Assembly (NCBI GenBank): GCA_951406725.2 | Contig: OX597838.1 | Span: forward strand, 39,990,001-40,054,000 | Length of the DNA: 64,000 nucleotides | DNA from: Octopus vulgaris | Lineage: Eukaryota | Direction: 5' to 3' | Part shown: piece by piece, positions 1-13,121 of the stretch | Layout of the letters: every line of letters starts with the position of its first letter | Numbering within the stretch: position 1 is the stretch's first letter | Notes under the pieces: model-generated | The model's input: only the letters and a program-made list of their open reading frames with translations | The model's database searches: none | Told to the model about the DNA's origin: nothing | Position numbers and translations under genes: made by a program

Positions 1-233
1 TCATTCTAACAATTATTAACCTTTTTATTTTTTTATCTTTTGACCTCCTACCATCTTGCCGAAATCAGCTAAGCTGCCAAAGGGCTTAATCTGATTTCTT
101 ATCCAATTTCTGAAAAGAAATTTTGTAATCTTTACTTATTGTAAATCGATGAAAAAATACTCGATGTAAATTGGATCAATAGATTTATTATTATTATTAA
201 TTATTAATCTCTCTCTCCCTCCCTCTCTCCCTC

Positions 234-287
<54 letters not shown>

Positions 288-1330
288 GAGAGAGACTTAT
301 AAACAAATTCCTTTTTCAATGGGAGTTTTCTAAATTTTTTCAGATAGGTTTCTGGATGGAAGGTATTGTAGAATGCTACATGAATAAACTGAGAAATATA
401 TACGGACGTGAAACAATCACTAGTACATATGTTGACAAAGCTTTATTAGATATACAAATGGAGTGTTACGTGGAAGAGGCTTTCTGCACAGTTGGCTGGG
501 CAAACCGTGATTCAATTTTTCAGTTTTTCAAGAAAGCTAAGACTAATCCCGTGTCAAAAATTCACAATGCGTAAGTAACACATAGTCACATTTTTTTGCC
601 GTGTCTTTGTGGTTGTTATTGTTATTGGCGTTATGTCACTGTAGTCCAGCTGTGATCAAAGAAACACCTTTATGGCGTTCGTGTAATCGATTGGACGACA
701 TGTCCTGATATATAGTTAAATTGTTTCGGATATCTAGATAGATATTTAACTGGATGACATACAATAAAGCATCACCTTCCACATGCAGTCACCCGATGAA
801 TCGTTGTACGGCAATTTGAGCTCTTTAGTGTCCAGATTTATTCTTGTACACTCGCAGATTCTGTACACCTGCAGATGGCCAGAACAGTGTCAGGTGAGAC
901 GAGACCAAATTTGCTGCTAAAGCATGAAAAATATTATCTTCAAACGTACAGCATTACCTCAAAGTACAATATGATTACGGAAACTGTCTTTTCTAATCAC
1001 CCATGATGAACATAAGTAATTAGTTGCTGTGTAGTACTGGTGGAAGTAGATATACTCATGGTGGTAGTAGCAGTGTCGGTGGCAAGATATAGTATTGGTG
1101 ATGGTGATGGTGGTGGTGGTGGAGGTGGGAGTGGTGATGGAAGTGTTGATGTTAGTGCAGGTTGCATTGATAGTGGTGGTGATGATGGGAGAACTGACGG
1201 TGATGGTATTATAGAGAGGATGGTTGCAATAATGTTAATGGTGGTGGTGATGGTGGTGGTAGTGGTGATGGTATTGATAGGGGTGTTGGTGTAAAAAATG
1301 TTGGCGTTGATGGGGTGGTGATGATGGGGT
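1..1330 (+). repeat. Segmental duplication block around exon 3 of A, paralogous to 28685-30040 (gene B)
   Basis: Colinear, highly similar sequence on both sides of exon 3. Further homologous patches: ~2530-2590/32520-32580, ~5985-6215/32620-32840, ~6484-6610/34910-35045. Confidence 0.95.
344..570 (+). CDS. Stanniocalcin-like protein, paralog A, coding exon 3 (exons 1-2 lie upstream of the window)
   Basis: Acceptor ttttttcag|ATA and donor GC|gtaagt; 227 nt, phase 0 to 2. Encodes IGFWMEGIVECYMNKL...IQMECYVEEAFCTVGWANRDSIF...; aligns without gaps to 29086-29312 and to 60074-59848(-). Confidence 0.85.
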
Positions 1331-1727
1331 AGTGATGGTGGTGTTACGGGTATAGTGCTGGTGGTATTGATGATTGTGTTATAATGGTATTGGTGTTAGT
1401 TGTAGTAGTATTGATGCTGCTGATGATTGTGGTATTCGTGTTAGTGGTGGCGGTATTAAAGTTGTTAGAGATGGTATTTGTATTGTTGGTATTCAAAATA
1501 TCTTAGCTTCCTCCTGTTGGGGCTTGTTTGTTCCTTTGTGATGAAACCCGTGTTTTTCGGCCCTCCTCTTTTCTCCTTTCACCAATCATTTGACCTTGCG
1601 TCTCTAAGCCAGAAGCCACTAATCACAAGCGCAAGCGCTTATAAACCATTTTAATTTTCATCGAGAGCTTTCTAATCTTTTCAGGTAATTTCTTTCAGTG
1701 CTTCAGTATTCCAAGGTATTTTTATAT

Positions 1728-2128
1728 GAGTGGCTGTGTGGTAAGTAGCTTGCTAACCAATCACATGGTTCCGGGTTCAGTCCCACTGCGTGGCATCTTG
1801 GGCAAGTGTCTTCTACTATGGCCCCGGGCTGACCAATGCCTTGTGAGTGGATTTGGTGGACGGGAACTGAAAGAAGCCTGTCGTATATATGTATATATAT
1901 GTATGTGTGTGTGTGTTTGTGTGTCTGTGTTTGTCCCCCTAGCATTGCTTGACAACCGATGCTGGTGTGTTTACGTCCCCGTCACTTAGCGGTTCGGCAA
2001 AAGAGACCGATAGAATAAGTACTGGGCTTACAAAGAATAAGTCCCGGGGTCGATTTGCTCGACTAAAAGGCGGTGCTCCAGCATGGTCGCAGTCAAATGA
2101 CTGAAACAAGTAAAAGAGTAAAAAGAGA
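1728..2128 (+). mobile_element. tRNA-derived SINE (family 1)
   Basis: A-box-like TGGCTGTGTGG, B-box-like GGTTCAGTCCC, internal (TA)/(TG) tract, GTAAAAGA tail. Close copy at 5265-5663; partial copies near 10420-10600, 41970-42200, 45880-45957(-), 61075-61195(-). Confidence 0.85.
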
Positions 2129-2204
2129 GAGATATCTACTAAAATGTGGTGTCAGCATTATTTTCATTTTTGCGTAAATTATACGGCATTTTATTCACCG
2201 AACC

Positions 2205-2285
<81 letters not shown>

Positions 2286-3400
2286 CGTTTTAAAAGTGCC
2301 GATCGAGAATTCTTAATAGAGACGCGTCAGTTTCGGCAATTTCCGTTGCCTCGTCACTTAGGACAGCCATCTTCGGCTCTTTCTGGATTGGCTTTGCTAA
2401 TAGTATGTATGCTTTCGTCATTCAAATAATTGAATGATTTAAAGATTAGCTAATGTGTTTATACAAAATTGATATAAACAGTATTTTGCAATGCTTCATG
2501 AAAAAGGAAAACTACAAATGTCACTGAATGTGACTAGGGTGTTAGGAAGCACCTACATTGCTAGAAATAAGAGTTAAACTGCTCTAAAATGTGACAACGA
2601 GTGCAAGGAGCATCAGAATTGCTACAAATAAGAGTCAAAGAAGTCTGTACCCACAAAAGCATATTTTTATTTACTGGCAGAGGAGATGACCCCCACCCAC
2701 TGCAACTGAGGTGCCATTAGATTGGCATGCTAATTTCGCATGAAATTTAATGCCCAACAGCAATGGTCACTCCGTAGCGGGTGGCGAAGCTGATTTCTAC
2801 CCTGTCAGTATATATAGATTTTATCACAGATATCAGTGGTTAATTCCGCAAAGTAGTAAATTGAAAATTATAGAATAATTAAGGTGGCTAGACGCAATTC
2901 AAAACCAAAAAGGAAATAATTCAGCGCCACTAAAATGAAAAGGGGTACATGGCGAAACAGTATTGCTAGAAAAAGAGTCAAAGAACTCATCTACGGCCGT
3001 TTCAGGGGTACAAGGAATGTATGAATGGCGTTGTAAGTATTCAAAATACATAAACATAATGCCCCTCTAATCAGGATGGTTTTCTTTGTAATGAAATCCT
3101 ATATAGTTATAATTCGATAGACGAAAACAATGGTGATATCGTTTACCTGAATTTAGCTGAATCTGTATATATTTAATTTATCTACCAGTTGGTCTACATA
3201 TTTGCCCCTGAATTTTTTTAATTTTGAACTCTCATCTGACATTTCGTATAAACATCAAATTATTAAGCGATTCTATCATTTTCTTTTGGAAGCCCTTACC
3301 TCGACTTTTTATCTATTTATTTGTCACTCCTACATTCGTGTATGATCATAGATTTCGCATATGACTTTTACATGTAATTTTGTTCACTGATTTATAAATT

Positions 3401-3517
<117 letters not shown>

Positions 3518-3718
3518 CAATAAGTCAAAATAGAAAATGCTAAAATAATTTTATAAAGAACATTTCCGTACCGGTTTCAGTCATTTTGAGACCTTCTCAT
3601 CTGTAACGATTAAATAATTAAATTTAGAAAAATTAAAAGAAATCTTTGTTTAAAGGAATATTTGTATAGTGTTCAAATATAAGTCGCATTTTCCTTGTTT
3701 CTGCCTTGCTCTGTCTCT

Positions 3719-3753
<35 letters not shown>

Positions 3754-3797
3754 ATACCAGCGATTATAATTATTTTTATTTTATCGCAATTTGATTT

Positions 3798-3835
<38 letters not shown>

Positions 3836-4003
3836 CGTTGTCTGTTTTAAATTATGACTTTGAATTTGTATAGATTACCTTGATGTGATCCTTCTATAAT
3901 TTCCCTTATCCTTCGATTTAGCTCGCAATGAGCACGCCTTAATATAGTCTATATATTGTGAAGTATACTTAAAAACATACTTTATAAGAAAATTCCACTT
4001 TAT

Positions 4004-4072
<69 letters not shown>

Positions 4073-4113
4073 TATACATATGTATACATATATATATATA
4101 CATATATATGTAG

Positions 4114-4192
<79 letters not shown>

Positions 4193-4199
<7 letters not shown>

Positions 4200-4817
4200 T
4201 AGGGTTCAGCAAAGATTTGCTTCACCACATACCGGAGTTTAGAAATAGCAGTCAAAAAATCTTAGCTATTCCTTCTACTTTAAAAGGGGCTCCCAGAAAA
4301 ATCAAATCCACGTAGGCAAAAGGGAAAAATAACGAAAATCAATCGATATTAGGTTACCCACGTACGCGCGTTTCGGAATTAGATCGGTGTAAAGAATAAA
4401 TAATTTTACCTTACCCGACCCTTTTCGGCTCTTCAGCGTGGGATTCTTCAAATATTAATTATTAAATATTAAATGTGAAGGCACTGGAAAATATCTCTTC
4501 ACCTAACGGTATCAGAGAGATCATATTCAGTGCTAGTGCCGCCAAATTCAAAATACGAATGAGAGTTCATCATCTTCTCCTGCCCATTAGCGTGTCGCCA
4601 AGTAAGATGCTACAGAGAGAAACTGTAGTTTGTTATCTGGGAGAAGAATCCCATTATCAATAATAACAAAGGGTAAAATTAATTAATTAAAAAGTAATCA
4701 GTAATTTCACCAAGTAGAATTCGGCATGAAAAAGACCAATCATGGTAAGCTTAAGTAATACTTTATAATTAGGGTTCAGCAAAGATTTGCTTCACCACAT
4801 ACCGAAGTTTAGAAATA
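4193..4817 (-). mobile_element. Non-coding 570-bp-period element with 55-bp direct terminal repeat and a hammerhead ribozyme (retrozyme-like or Penelope pseudo-LTR-like)
   Basis: 4193-4247 repeats at 4763-4817 (1 mismatch); embedded in (TA)n/(CA)n; hammerhead inside. Confidence 0.65.
4357..4442 (-). ncRNA. Type I hammerhead ribozyme motif
   Basis: Minus strand: CCCACG-CTGAAGA-G[long imperfect stem II with GGGTCGG/CCGATCT]C-GAAA-CGCGCG-TA-CGTGGG. Perfect 6-bp stem I, intact CUGANGA and GAAA boxes, palindromic mini stem III, GUA cleavage triplet. Confidence 0.75.
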
Positions 4818-4835
4818 TATATATATACAATATGT

Positions 4836-4929
<94 letters not shown>

Positions 4930-5264
4930 TATACATATATACACAGGCTAGCCGAGTTTGAGGTCAAAATAACCGTCTCAGGGATAGAAGTATCCATTAC
5001 GTTACTGGTATATTACTTACGTTTAACCCTGAGCATACATATACAAACATATATATTATAGATCAAGACAAAGATAAACATGGTTTTCTCAAGAATCAAA
5101 ATTTAAAGAAAACAGAAAAGGGAGAAATATTGATGAACATCAATTGATTTACATCAATTATTATTTATTAATTCAATACAAAAATGTGATGCAGTCTATT
5201 TGTATTGAATTAATAAATGATAATTGATTATATTCAATTGTTCATCAGTATTTCTCCATTTTCT

Positions 5265-5663
5265 GAGCGGCTGTGTGAGAAGTAGCCTGTCTACAAACCA
5301 CATGGTTCCGGGTTCAGTCCCACTGCGTGGCACCTTGAGCAAGTGTTTTCTACTATAGCCTCGGGCCGACCAAAGCCTTGTGAGTGGATTTGGTAGACGG
5401 AGACTGAAAGAAGCCCGTCGTATATATGTATATATATATATATGCGTGTGTGTGTTTATGTGTCTGTGTTTGTCCCTCTCGCATTGGTTGACAACCGATG
5501 CTGGTGTGTTTATGTCCCCGTCACTTAGCGGTTCGGCAAAAGAGACCGATAGAATAAGTACTGGGCTTACAAAGAATAAGTTCCGGGGTCGATTTGCTCG
5601 ATTAAAGGCGGTGCTCCATCATGGCCGCAGTCAAATGACTGAAACAAGTAAAAGAGTAAAAGA
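5265..5663 (+). mobile_element. tRNA-derived SINE (family 1)
   Basis: Colinear with 1728-2128. Confidence 0.85.
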
Positions 5664-5700
<37 letters not shown>

Positions 5701-6004
5701 CACGTATATACACGTATGTGTGTGTGTGTTTGCATGCATGTATATTGAGTGAGTTAATGAGACAAGTTCTACGTGATTACTTGATTTGAAATGCTAACCA
5801 TATCTTATCTTCCACGGTTCACTCCTTTACAAGCCTTAAATAACAATGAAGTCTGTGATTTATTCCTAAAACAGAAAATAACAGTGATGTTCATTTTTAT
5901 AACAAACCATCTTGCTAAGTACCCAGTTCAGACTGCTACAAAAAAACCCTGCGTTTAGCTTTATAGGAAACCAATTATTTAATGTTTTGATGTCTTTATT
6001 GAAG

Positions 6005-6110
6005 GTCATGGCGTCATCTGAGGGAGGTAGTTAGAACATGTTCAGCAACACATGAGGAATTATACCAAGACTGGCTCTGGAAAAAGGGAAAAGAGCTATA
6101 TGCGAAATAA
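6005..6110 (+). CDS. Stanniocalcin-like protein, paralog A, terminal coding exon 4
   Basis: Acceptor tgtctttattgaag|G completes the phase-2 codon GC+G. Reads (A)SWRHLREVVRTCSATHEELYQDWLWKKGKELYAK*; W-x9-C-x10-W is shared with B and C; downstream sequence is homologous to 32735-32840. Confidence 0.8.
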
Positions 6111-6222
6111 CAAGGAACTGAGTATTTCGTTTCTGGAATATAACTTCAATGATTAAAAGTTATTCAATGATTGCTTAATGTTTCTAATATATGATTTAGT
6201 TACTGAACCGTGTCACCAAAAG

Positions 6223-6269
<47 letters not shown>

Positions 6270-6327
6270 GGTGGTGGTGGTGGTGGTGGTGGTGGTGGTG
6301 GCGGTGGTGGTAGCGGCAGTAGCAGCG

Positions 6328-6368
<41 letters not shown>

Positions 6369-7189
6369 GGTGGTGGTGGTGGTGGTATTAGTAGTAGTAT
6401 TAGTAGTGGTGGTGGTGGTGGTGGTGGTGGTGGTGGTGGTGGTGGTGGTGGTAGTAGTAGTAGCAGTAGTTTTAGTAGTAGTAGTTTTCTTACATAGATA
6501 TAAATACTGTAATTGGAGAAGGATTATTCGATTACAATGGCCCTTGTACTTTATCGATTCCGAAAGGATAACATTTTTTCTTCTATAATTACAAAGCCTC
6601 AAATTTTGATGCCTCTCAGCGCCGCCTTAATATCTACTTTGGCTATAAAATCGTTCATTTCGTGTCTGTTCAGATGCGTATGAAAAGAACCGTTCTTCTC
6701 TACACTGCTTCAATTACCTCTGACGGAACAGTTAGATTGGCCCACGTTTACTCTTGTTTAATTAGTTTCCATGCCTACGTTAACATCTGGTCCCTATTAG
6801 TGAGGTCCACGATAAAGCGCTGTATCTTCTTCGCCGTTGCTGCATCTGCGAACGGCTTTTGGTTTTGGTACTATTCTCGTTGCTGTTGTTGTCTTAATGT
6901 CACTGCTGCTGCCACCGCTGCTGCTGCCACCGCTGCTGCTGCCACGGCTGCTGCTGCCACCGCTGCTGCTGCCACCGCTGCTGCCGCTGTTGTTGTCGTT
7001 CTTATCGATGTTGCTGGCATTGGTTTTGTTTTCATTATTGTTGTCACATTTGTTCTCGTTGTTACTTTTGTCGCTATCGCTGCTGCCACTGCAGTTGCTG
7101 CCTCTGTCTTGGTTATTGTTGCTACCACCACTACTGCTGCTGTGGCTGTTGTCACTGTTGCAGCTGCTGCTGTTGCTGTTGCTGTTGAG

Positions 7190-7530
7190 AGGTCCGGTCT
7201 GAGCGGTCTGAAACGTGGTCCTTTGCTATTTGTAAGACCTGCAGAGGAGAAAGCAGGTCAATCCCCGACACCGAAACCGTCGACGGATGGTTGAATGCGC
7301 ATCCAGGCTCAGCGGTTGCGTAGGAAGTCGGGGACAAGAAACAGGAAAAAAGAGTGAGAGAAAGTTGGAGCAAAAGAGTACAACAGGAGTCGCCACACCC
7401 CCCTGCTGGAGCCTCGTGGAGCTTTAGGTGTTTTCGCTCAATAAACACACACAACGCCCGGTCTGGGAATCGAAACCGCGATCCTCCGACCACGAGTCCG
7501 CTGTCCTAACCATTGGGCCATTGTGCCTCC
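7190..7530 (-). mobile_element. tRNA-derived SINE (family 2)
   Basis: Reverse complement begins GGAGGCACAATGGCCCAATGGTTAGG...GGTTTCGATTCCC; copies at 45170-45474(-), 60431-60638(+), partial 41565-41905(+). Confidence 0.8.
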
Positions 7531-7589
7531 ACCGCTGTTGCTATTACTGTCACCATTGTGAGTTGGATTTTGTACCGTGAGTTTTAGTT

Positions 7590-10380
7590 TTCTGGTGGGG
7601 AGGCTTTGGTCTTGTACTGCAATTAAAAATCCCTCTGTCTCTGCTTTGAGTCCTGAGCTTCTCAACCATTGTTGGGATTTTTCTTTGTCTATTTCTTTTG
7701 CATTTAGTTCAGTCCAGTATTTGCCATCGTTTTATCATGGCCCGTTGCTGTTCTAGTTTTAGTTTGGATTTCATTTGTTTTATAGCTTTTGTTGTTTCTT
7801 CTTCTTCTTCTTCTTCTTCTTCTTCTTCTTCTTCTTCTTCTTCTTCTTCTTCTTCTTCTTCTTCTTCTTCTTCTTCTTCTTCTTCTTCTTCTTCTTCTTC
7901 TTCTTCTTCATATTTGTTAGGTGGTATGATTTGTTGTTTGTATTTGTCAGCTTCCTTAAATACTGAGAACAGTTTTTTGTTTTGCTCATGTTTTGCCGCT
8001 ATTTGTACTAGTTTTCCTTCCTTCTGAAGTAGATATTTTTGCAGTCCTATGGCGGTTATTTCATAATAGTTTTCCAGCTGTATAAGGCCTCTACCACCTT
8101 CTATACGTTGTATATATAGCCTTTCTATGTCAGATTTTGGGTGATGCACCCTAGATCCTGTCATTATTTTTCTTGCTTTCCTATCTATTTTGGTCAGTTC
8201 TTTTAGTGTCCAGTTAAGGATATTGCAGCTGTAACTTATAACTGGGACGGCTAAAGTGTTGATACCTATTATCATGTTTTTAGCATTGAGCTCTGTTTTT
8301 AGTATTGATCTAACTCGTCTATAATATTCTTTTTTATTTTCTCTTTCATTTGTGTGTGTTGTGTCTTATCTAGTTCATGGATTCCTAAGTATTTGTAAGT
8401 TTGGTTTTGGTCTAATTCTTTTATTTCATTGGTTTTATCTAGACTGATGTTGCTACTCTTAACTAGTTTTCCTCTTTTCATGGTTACTTTGGCGCATTTT
8501 TCTAATCCAAATTTCAGATCTATTTCTTTAGTAAATCTATGAACTATCTTTAGTAGTGTTTCTAGCTGTTTGTCATTTGTAGCGTATAGTTTAAGGTCAT
8601 CCATATATAAAAGGTGGCTGATCGTTTTGCCGTAACATTTATATCCGCATCCAGTACTATTTAGCATATCAGATAGAGGTGACAGTGCAAAGCAGAAAAG
8701 GAGTGGAGAGAGCGTGTCTCCCTGGAATATTCCTCTTCTAATGGGGATGGCTTCGGTTTTCACGAGTCCCTCTTTTGTTTGGAGCTGTAGCACTGTCTGC
8801 CATTTATTCATAGAGTGTTCTATGTATTTTATGATTGTTGGTGCTACTTTGTTAATGGCTAGTGTTTCGAGCATCCATGTGTGGGGATAGCTATCAAACG
8901 CCTTTCTGCAGTCGATCCAGGCCATACTGAGGCCTTTCTTCTTTCTGTGGCTCTCTTCAGTTATGGCTTTATTCATCATTAGTTGATCTTTACAGCCATA
9001 TAAGCCTTTGCGGCATCCTTTCTGCTCTTCTGGAAACAGGTTGTTTTCGTCCAGGTGCTTGTTCAATCTTCGTGATTTTACTGCAGTAAATGCTTTGTAC
9101 ATTGTAGTGAGACAGGTTATAGGTCTGTAGTTTTCTGGTTTTGCTGTCTCATTGGATTTGGGAATTAAGATGGTTTTCCCCTTCGTGAGCCACTCAGGCA
9201 TTCTCTGGCTCTGCCAGTATGTTGTTAAAGTTTTCAGCCAGCTTTTTGTGCATTCCTGTCAGATATTTCAACCAGAAGTTGGGGATCTTGTCATGCCTAT
9301 GTGCCTTCCAGTTGCTTAGTCTTTGCAGTGCCTGGGTGACCTCTTGAATTGTTATGGGGTTCCAAAGTTGCTCAGATGCTAAGTTTGTTGTTTTAATACT
9401 ACTTATTGGATGTTCATTCGCCGACCACATTTCTTTCCAGAATTCTTCCACTTCTTCTTCCGTTGGTGCTGCAGTGATGTCTATTTTATTTTTGCCAAGT
9501 TCTTAGTAGAACTTTTGGGGGTTGGAGTTGAACTGTTTGTTTTGCTAAAAGAAACGTTGGCGTTTCTCATACCGGTGGATCCTTTGTGCTCTGGCAAGGA
9601 TATCTTGCTTCAGCTTTTCTTTTATCTCGGGTAAATCTTTTTCTGTGATGCTATATTTGCGGAGTATTTTTGTTTTCTTTTTGTTGCTCAGTAGCGTTGA
9701 TTGTCTACTTATTTCGTTAAGAATCGACAGATCTTTTCTCATTTTTTTGTATTTTTTTGGATGTTATTTATCCACGGTTTATTTGGGTGGTGGTACTCCT
9801 GTTTGGATGGGTTTAAGGGAGTATCCAGCTTCTTTTGTGGATGCAGTGGCTGCTGCATATACAAAGTCATTTAGCTCAGTGATATTGCTATTTGTTTCAG
9901 TGGCTATTAGTTCCATAACGGCTAGGCTTATGCTATTTATAATTGATGTTGTTTATTTTGTCTATTTTGATTTTTGAGAGGTATGGTCGGTGGTCCATTT
10001 TGAGCTCTGTGGTTTTCAGCTCTTTGATTATTCTACTCTTTACAGTATCATAATCATTAGGCTCCCCTTCGTTGTTTCCAGGTTTTAGATTTGTGTCGCT
10101 TTCTTTCTCATTCGTATGTTTGTCTGTCGTGTTTTGGCTTGCTACTTGTCGTGTATTATTATGCATCCTTACGGTCTGGTTTTGTTGGGGTTTTTTTTAC
10201 ATTGTTTTTGTTGGGAATGTTGCGTTTGTCTTCGTGTTTTACTATCTCCGTGTTTATACTATTTGGTATTGTTCTGTGGCTTCTATCTACATTTTCGTGA
10301 TGTATTTTTCCTTTCAAATGTTCTATTTCTGATATTTGTTTGCGTTGAGAATATATCTCTGTACGTTAGCTAGTTTACAC
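7590..10380 (-). mobile_element. Degenerate non-LTR retrotransposon, R4/Dong-like (RLE-type), RT region
   Basis: ORF 8299-9201 has RT motifs (NYRPITCL, QKGC, KAFDS, GIFQGDTLSPLLF, LLYMDDLKLY, YKYLG). Downstream GGRGL and WLRSSGLKAETEGFLIAVQDQ. Frameshifted and 3' truncated. Confidence 0.88.
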
Positions 10381-10904
10381 ATACACACACATATACAAAC
10401 ACACACATATGTGTGTTTGTGCGTGTGCGTCTATGTTTATATTTATGCCTGTGTACGTTTGTGATATATTTGTTCTCCATCACCACTTGACATCTAGTGT
10501 TGTTTTCTTTACGACCCTGAAACATAGCGGCTCAACAGAAGAGACTGATAGAATAAGTGTCAGACTTTAAAAATAAGTACTTGTTGATTTGGTCGTCTAA
10601 ACCAGTGGTTCTTGTAAAGGTTTTGTTTGTTTGATGCAGCTCCCCCTCCCGAAGTAGTTGTTATGCTTAACGCTCACGAAAGTGATGAGATGAGATATCA
10701 CTGCTAAACTAGCTGGAGCGCCTTTGATAATATGCTTGCCGCCAAATCAATAACATACACAACAAGTATATGAACAGCGTATACAACCACAAGTACAATA
10801 ACAACAACAACGATGTGAATAACAACAGTAACGGCAACAACAATAAAAATAAGACCAAATTCCACAACAGCCATGATGGTACGGCACTCCAAAGTGAGTT
10901 GAAC

Positions 10905-11460
10905 AACAGAAAATCTTCAGAAAAGAAACCCCATCTCAGGCAAGTATTTCAGACACATGTCTCAGCCCAAATCTTTAGTGATAATGGACTGTACTGAACC
11001 GAAACTAATCAACACATCCTCTAATAACTCACGGATGGTGATTCGACGATTACCCCTCAGGGCTGCACGCACATCTGAAATGTTTTTTTCAGTTTTGCAG
11101 GTTGCGGGTCTCCCAGAATGTTCGTCAATATCGATATTTTTCGACCATCTTGGAAGCGTCTGAACCTTGGAAATTTGTGTGCGGCTCATACACTCCTCTC
11201 CATACCCTTTCTGCAACTTTGCGTAGGCCTCTGGGCTCGTATCATAAAGATAACTATCTCCGTCATGGTTAGTGCGACAATCACATGCTTCACACCTTCC
11301 TTCCAAGCACTGATGTAAACAGTTAAAGTGAGCTAGAATATTATAACTTAGTGCGCTTGCACAGTAGAGTTCAAGGTCAATCTTTGTCAAGTTGCTTCAC
11401 TCTACATGTTTTAGCTTTGTTACTATGGCAGCAGTCCTAATACTTATTAATCAGATCTCG
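10905..11460 (-). mobile_element. Mariner-like transposon 5' fragment
   Basis: Transposase HTH remnant YGEECMSRTQ...SGRPAT...NRRITIREL...SFGSVQSIITKDLG. Confidence 0.75.
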
Positions 11461-11731
11461 TAAACTAGATTTCAGTGACATAAGAAAATAAGGGATATTA
11501 CTAAACGCACATTATTTTTGAATAATAGATAGAGTAGAAAACTTGTTTGCCATACTGCGATAGGGAAATTTTGATAGAATTTACTTGCTTCTGCTTGATA
11601 TTAAAACGGCAATACAGTCACAGTCAAAATATTTGCAACGTATAATTCTACCAACCGTGACTCGCAGAGTATCGGCAGAGTGAAGCGTCGCCTTTCAGTT
11701 AGTAAACTAACATCACGGTGCTGCAGTATGC

Positions 11732-11920
11732 ATTTATATAGTTTGTATATTTATATAGTTTGTATATTTATATAGTTTATATATTTATATAGTTTGTATA
11801 TTTATATATTTTGTATATTTATACAGTTTGTATAATTATATAGTTTGTATAGTTATATAGTTTATTTATTTATCTAGTTTGTATATTTATATAGTTTGTA
11901 TATTTATATAATTTGTATAT
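11732..11920. repeat. 17-bp minisatellite (ATTTATATAGTTTGTAT), about 11 copies
   Basis: Visible tandem imperfect repeats. Confidence 0.85.
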
Positions 11921-13075
11921 TACAGTCATTTGATAAATTCCAAGGCATAGATACCAATAAAAAAATAATAAATAACATTGTAGATGATATAACAGAAGTA
12001 ATGGAACCCAGAACATAACGATATCAAATTTTGGCACAAGGTCAGGAATTTCGGGGAAGGGTAAACCCATAACATCACTTCCAGTGCCCAAATGTTACTT
12101 ATTTTATGAACCTCGAAAGCAGGAAAGGCGAAGTCGACCTAGGCGGAATTTGAACTCAGAACCTAAAGACGGGCGAAATGCTGATAACCATTCCGTCGGT
12201 GTACTAATGATTCTGCCAACTCACCACCTTAATAACCACGTTATTTGATCATCTGTAACTCAGAACAGACAATAAAGACAATAAAAGAAACAAAAATGGT
12301 TTGGTCGCTTAATTACTTTTGGGGATCTAGTTGGTTTGGCTCTCAGCATTTCAAAAATTAAAGTTTATCGAAAATTTTAAAATTTATATAAATTCACATG
12401 CACAATTATCAACAGACAAGGAAAACAAGTGGTTGTAATATATTTGTTAGCACATACTTTCTCGCAGACAAAATAATCCTCATGTTCCGCATATTGCTAT
12501 GGAAACAGGCATGACTGTGTCTATGGCTTACGATTGGCTAAAATTACCGAAATTTTCAAGCTATTGTTGCTTTATTTATTAATTTACGGCGAGAATGCTT
12601 TTCACGTCATTCATTAGCCACTAAAAGTATATCGTTACACTGAATATGAAATCAATTCGAACAGAATTGATGCTGGCAGCTAAGCTGACTAGATTCACTC
12701 TTGGTGTAGAAGCGCATTGGACTAATAATTCAGAAGTCTGTACAACAAAGCTACTCTCTGCGAAGAAATGCTGTTTTTGATATTTATATATTGCAACTGA
12801 GTTGACTACAAATACCCCAAACATATATGTGTCTATATAGCTTAAGGGATCGGTACAATTTATTATGTGCAATAGAACATTTTGTATTATTTCAATAGGT
12901 CACCAACTGATCGGAACAATCTAAATCCGAATGAGTGAAGAAGACAAGAACAGGACTTACAAGATATATAGGATTATTAGATAATTTTGTTATTTTTAAA
13001 TATGCATGAGATTACGTATATTTACTTTTCGAAAATGCGGGCTATTTTGAGATATCTGTTGTTACATTATAACAG

Positions 13076-13121
<46 letters not shown>

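Noticed and set aside
1040-1294. Gly-rich ORF duplicated at 29782-30006
   Set aside because: GTG start, (GGT/GAT)n simple repeat within intron 3; conservation is explained by the duplication.
6662-7294. 210-aa Ala/Val-rich ORF resembling a membrane or antifreeze-like protein
   Set aside because: Built from GCT/GTT-type simple repeats and runs into a SINE; open in several frames.
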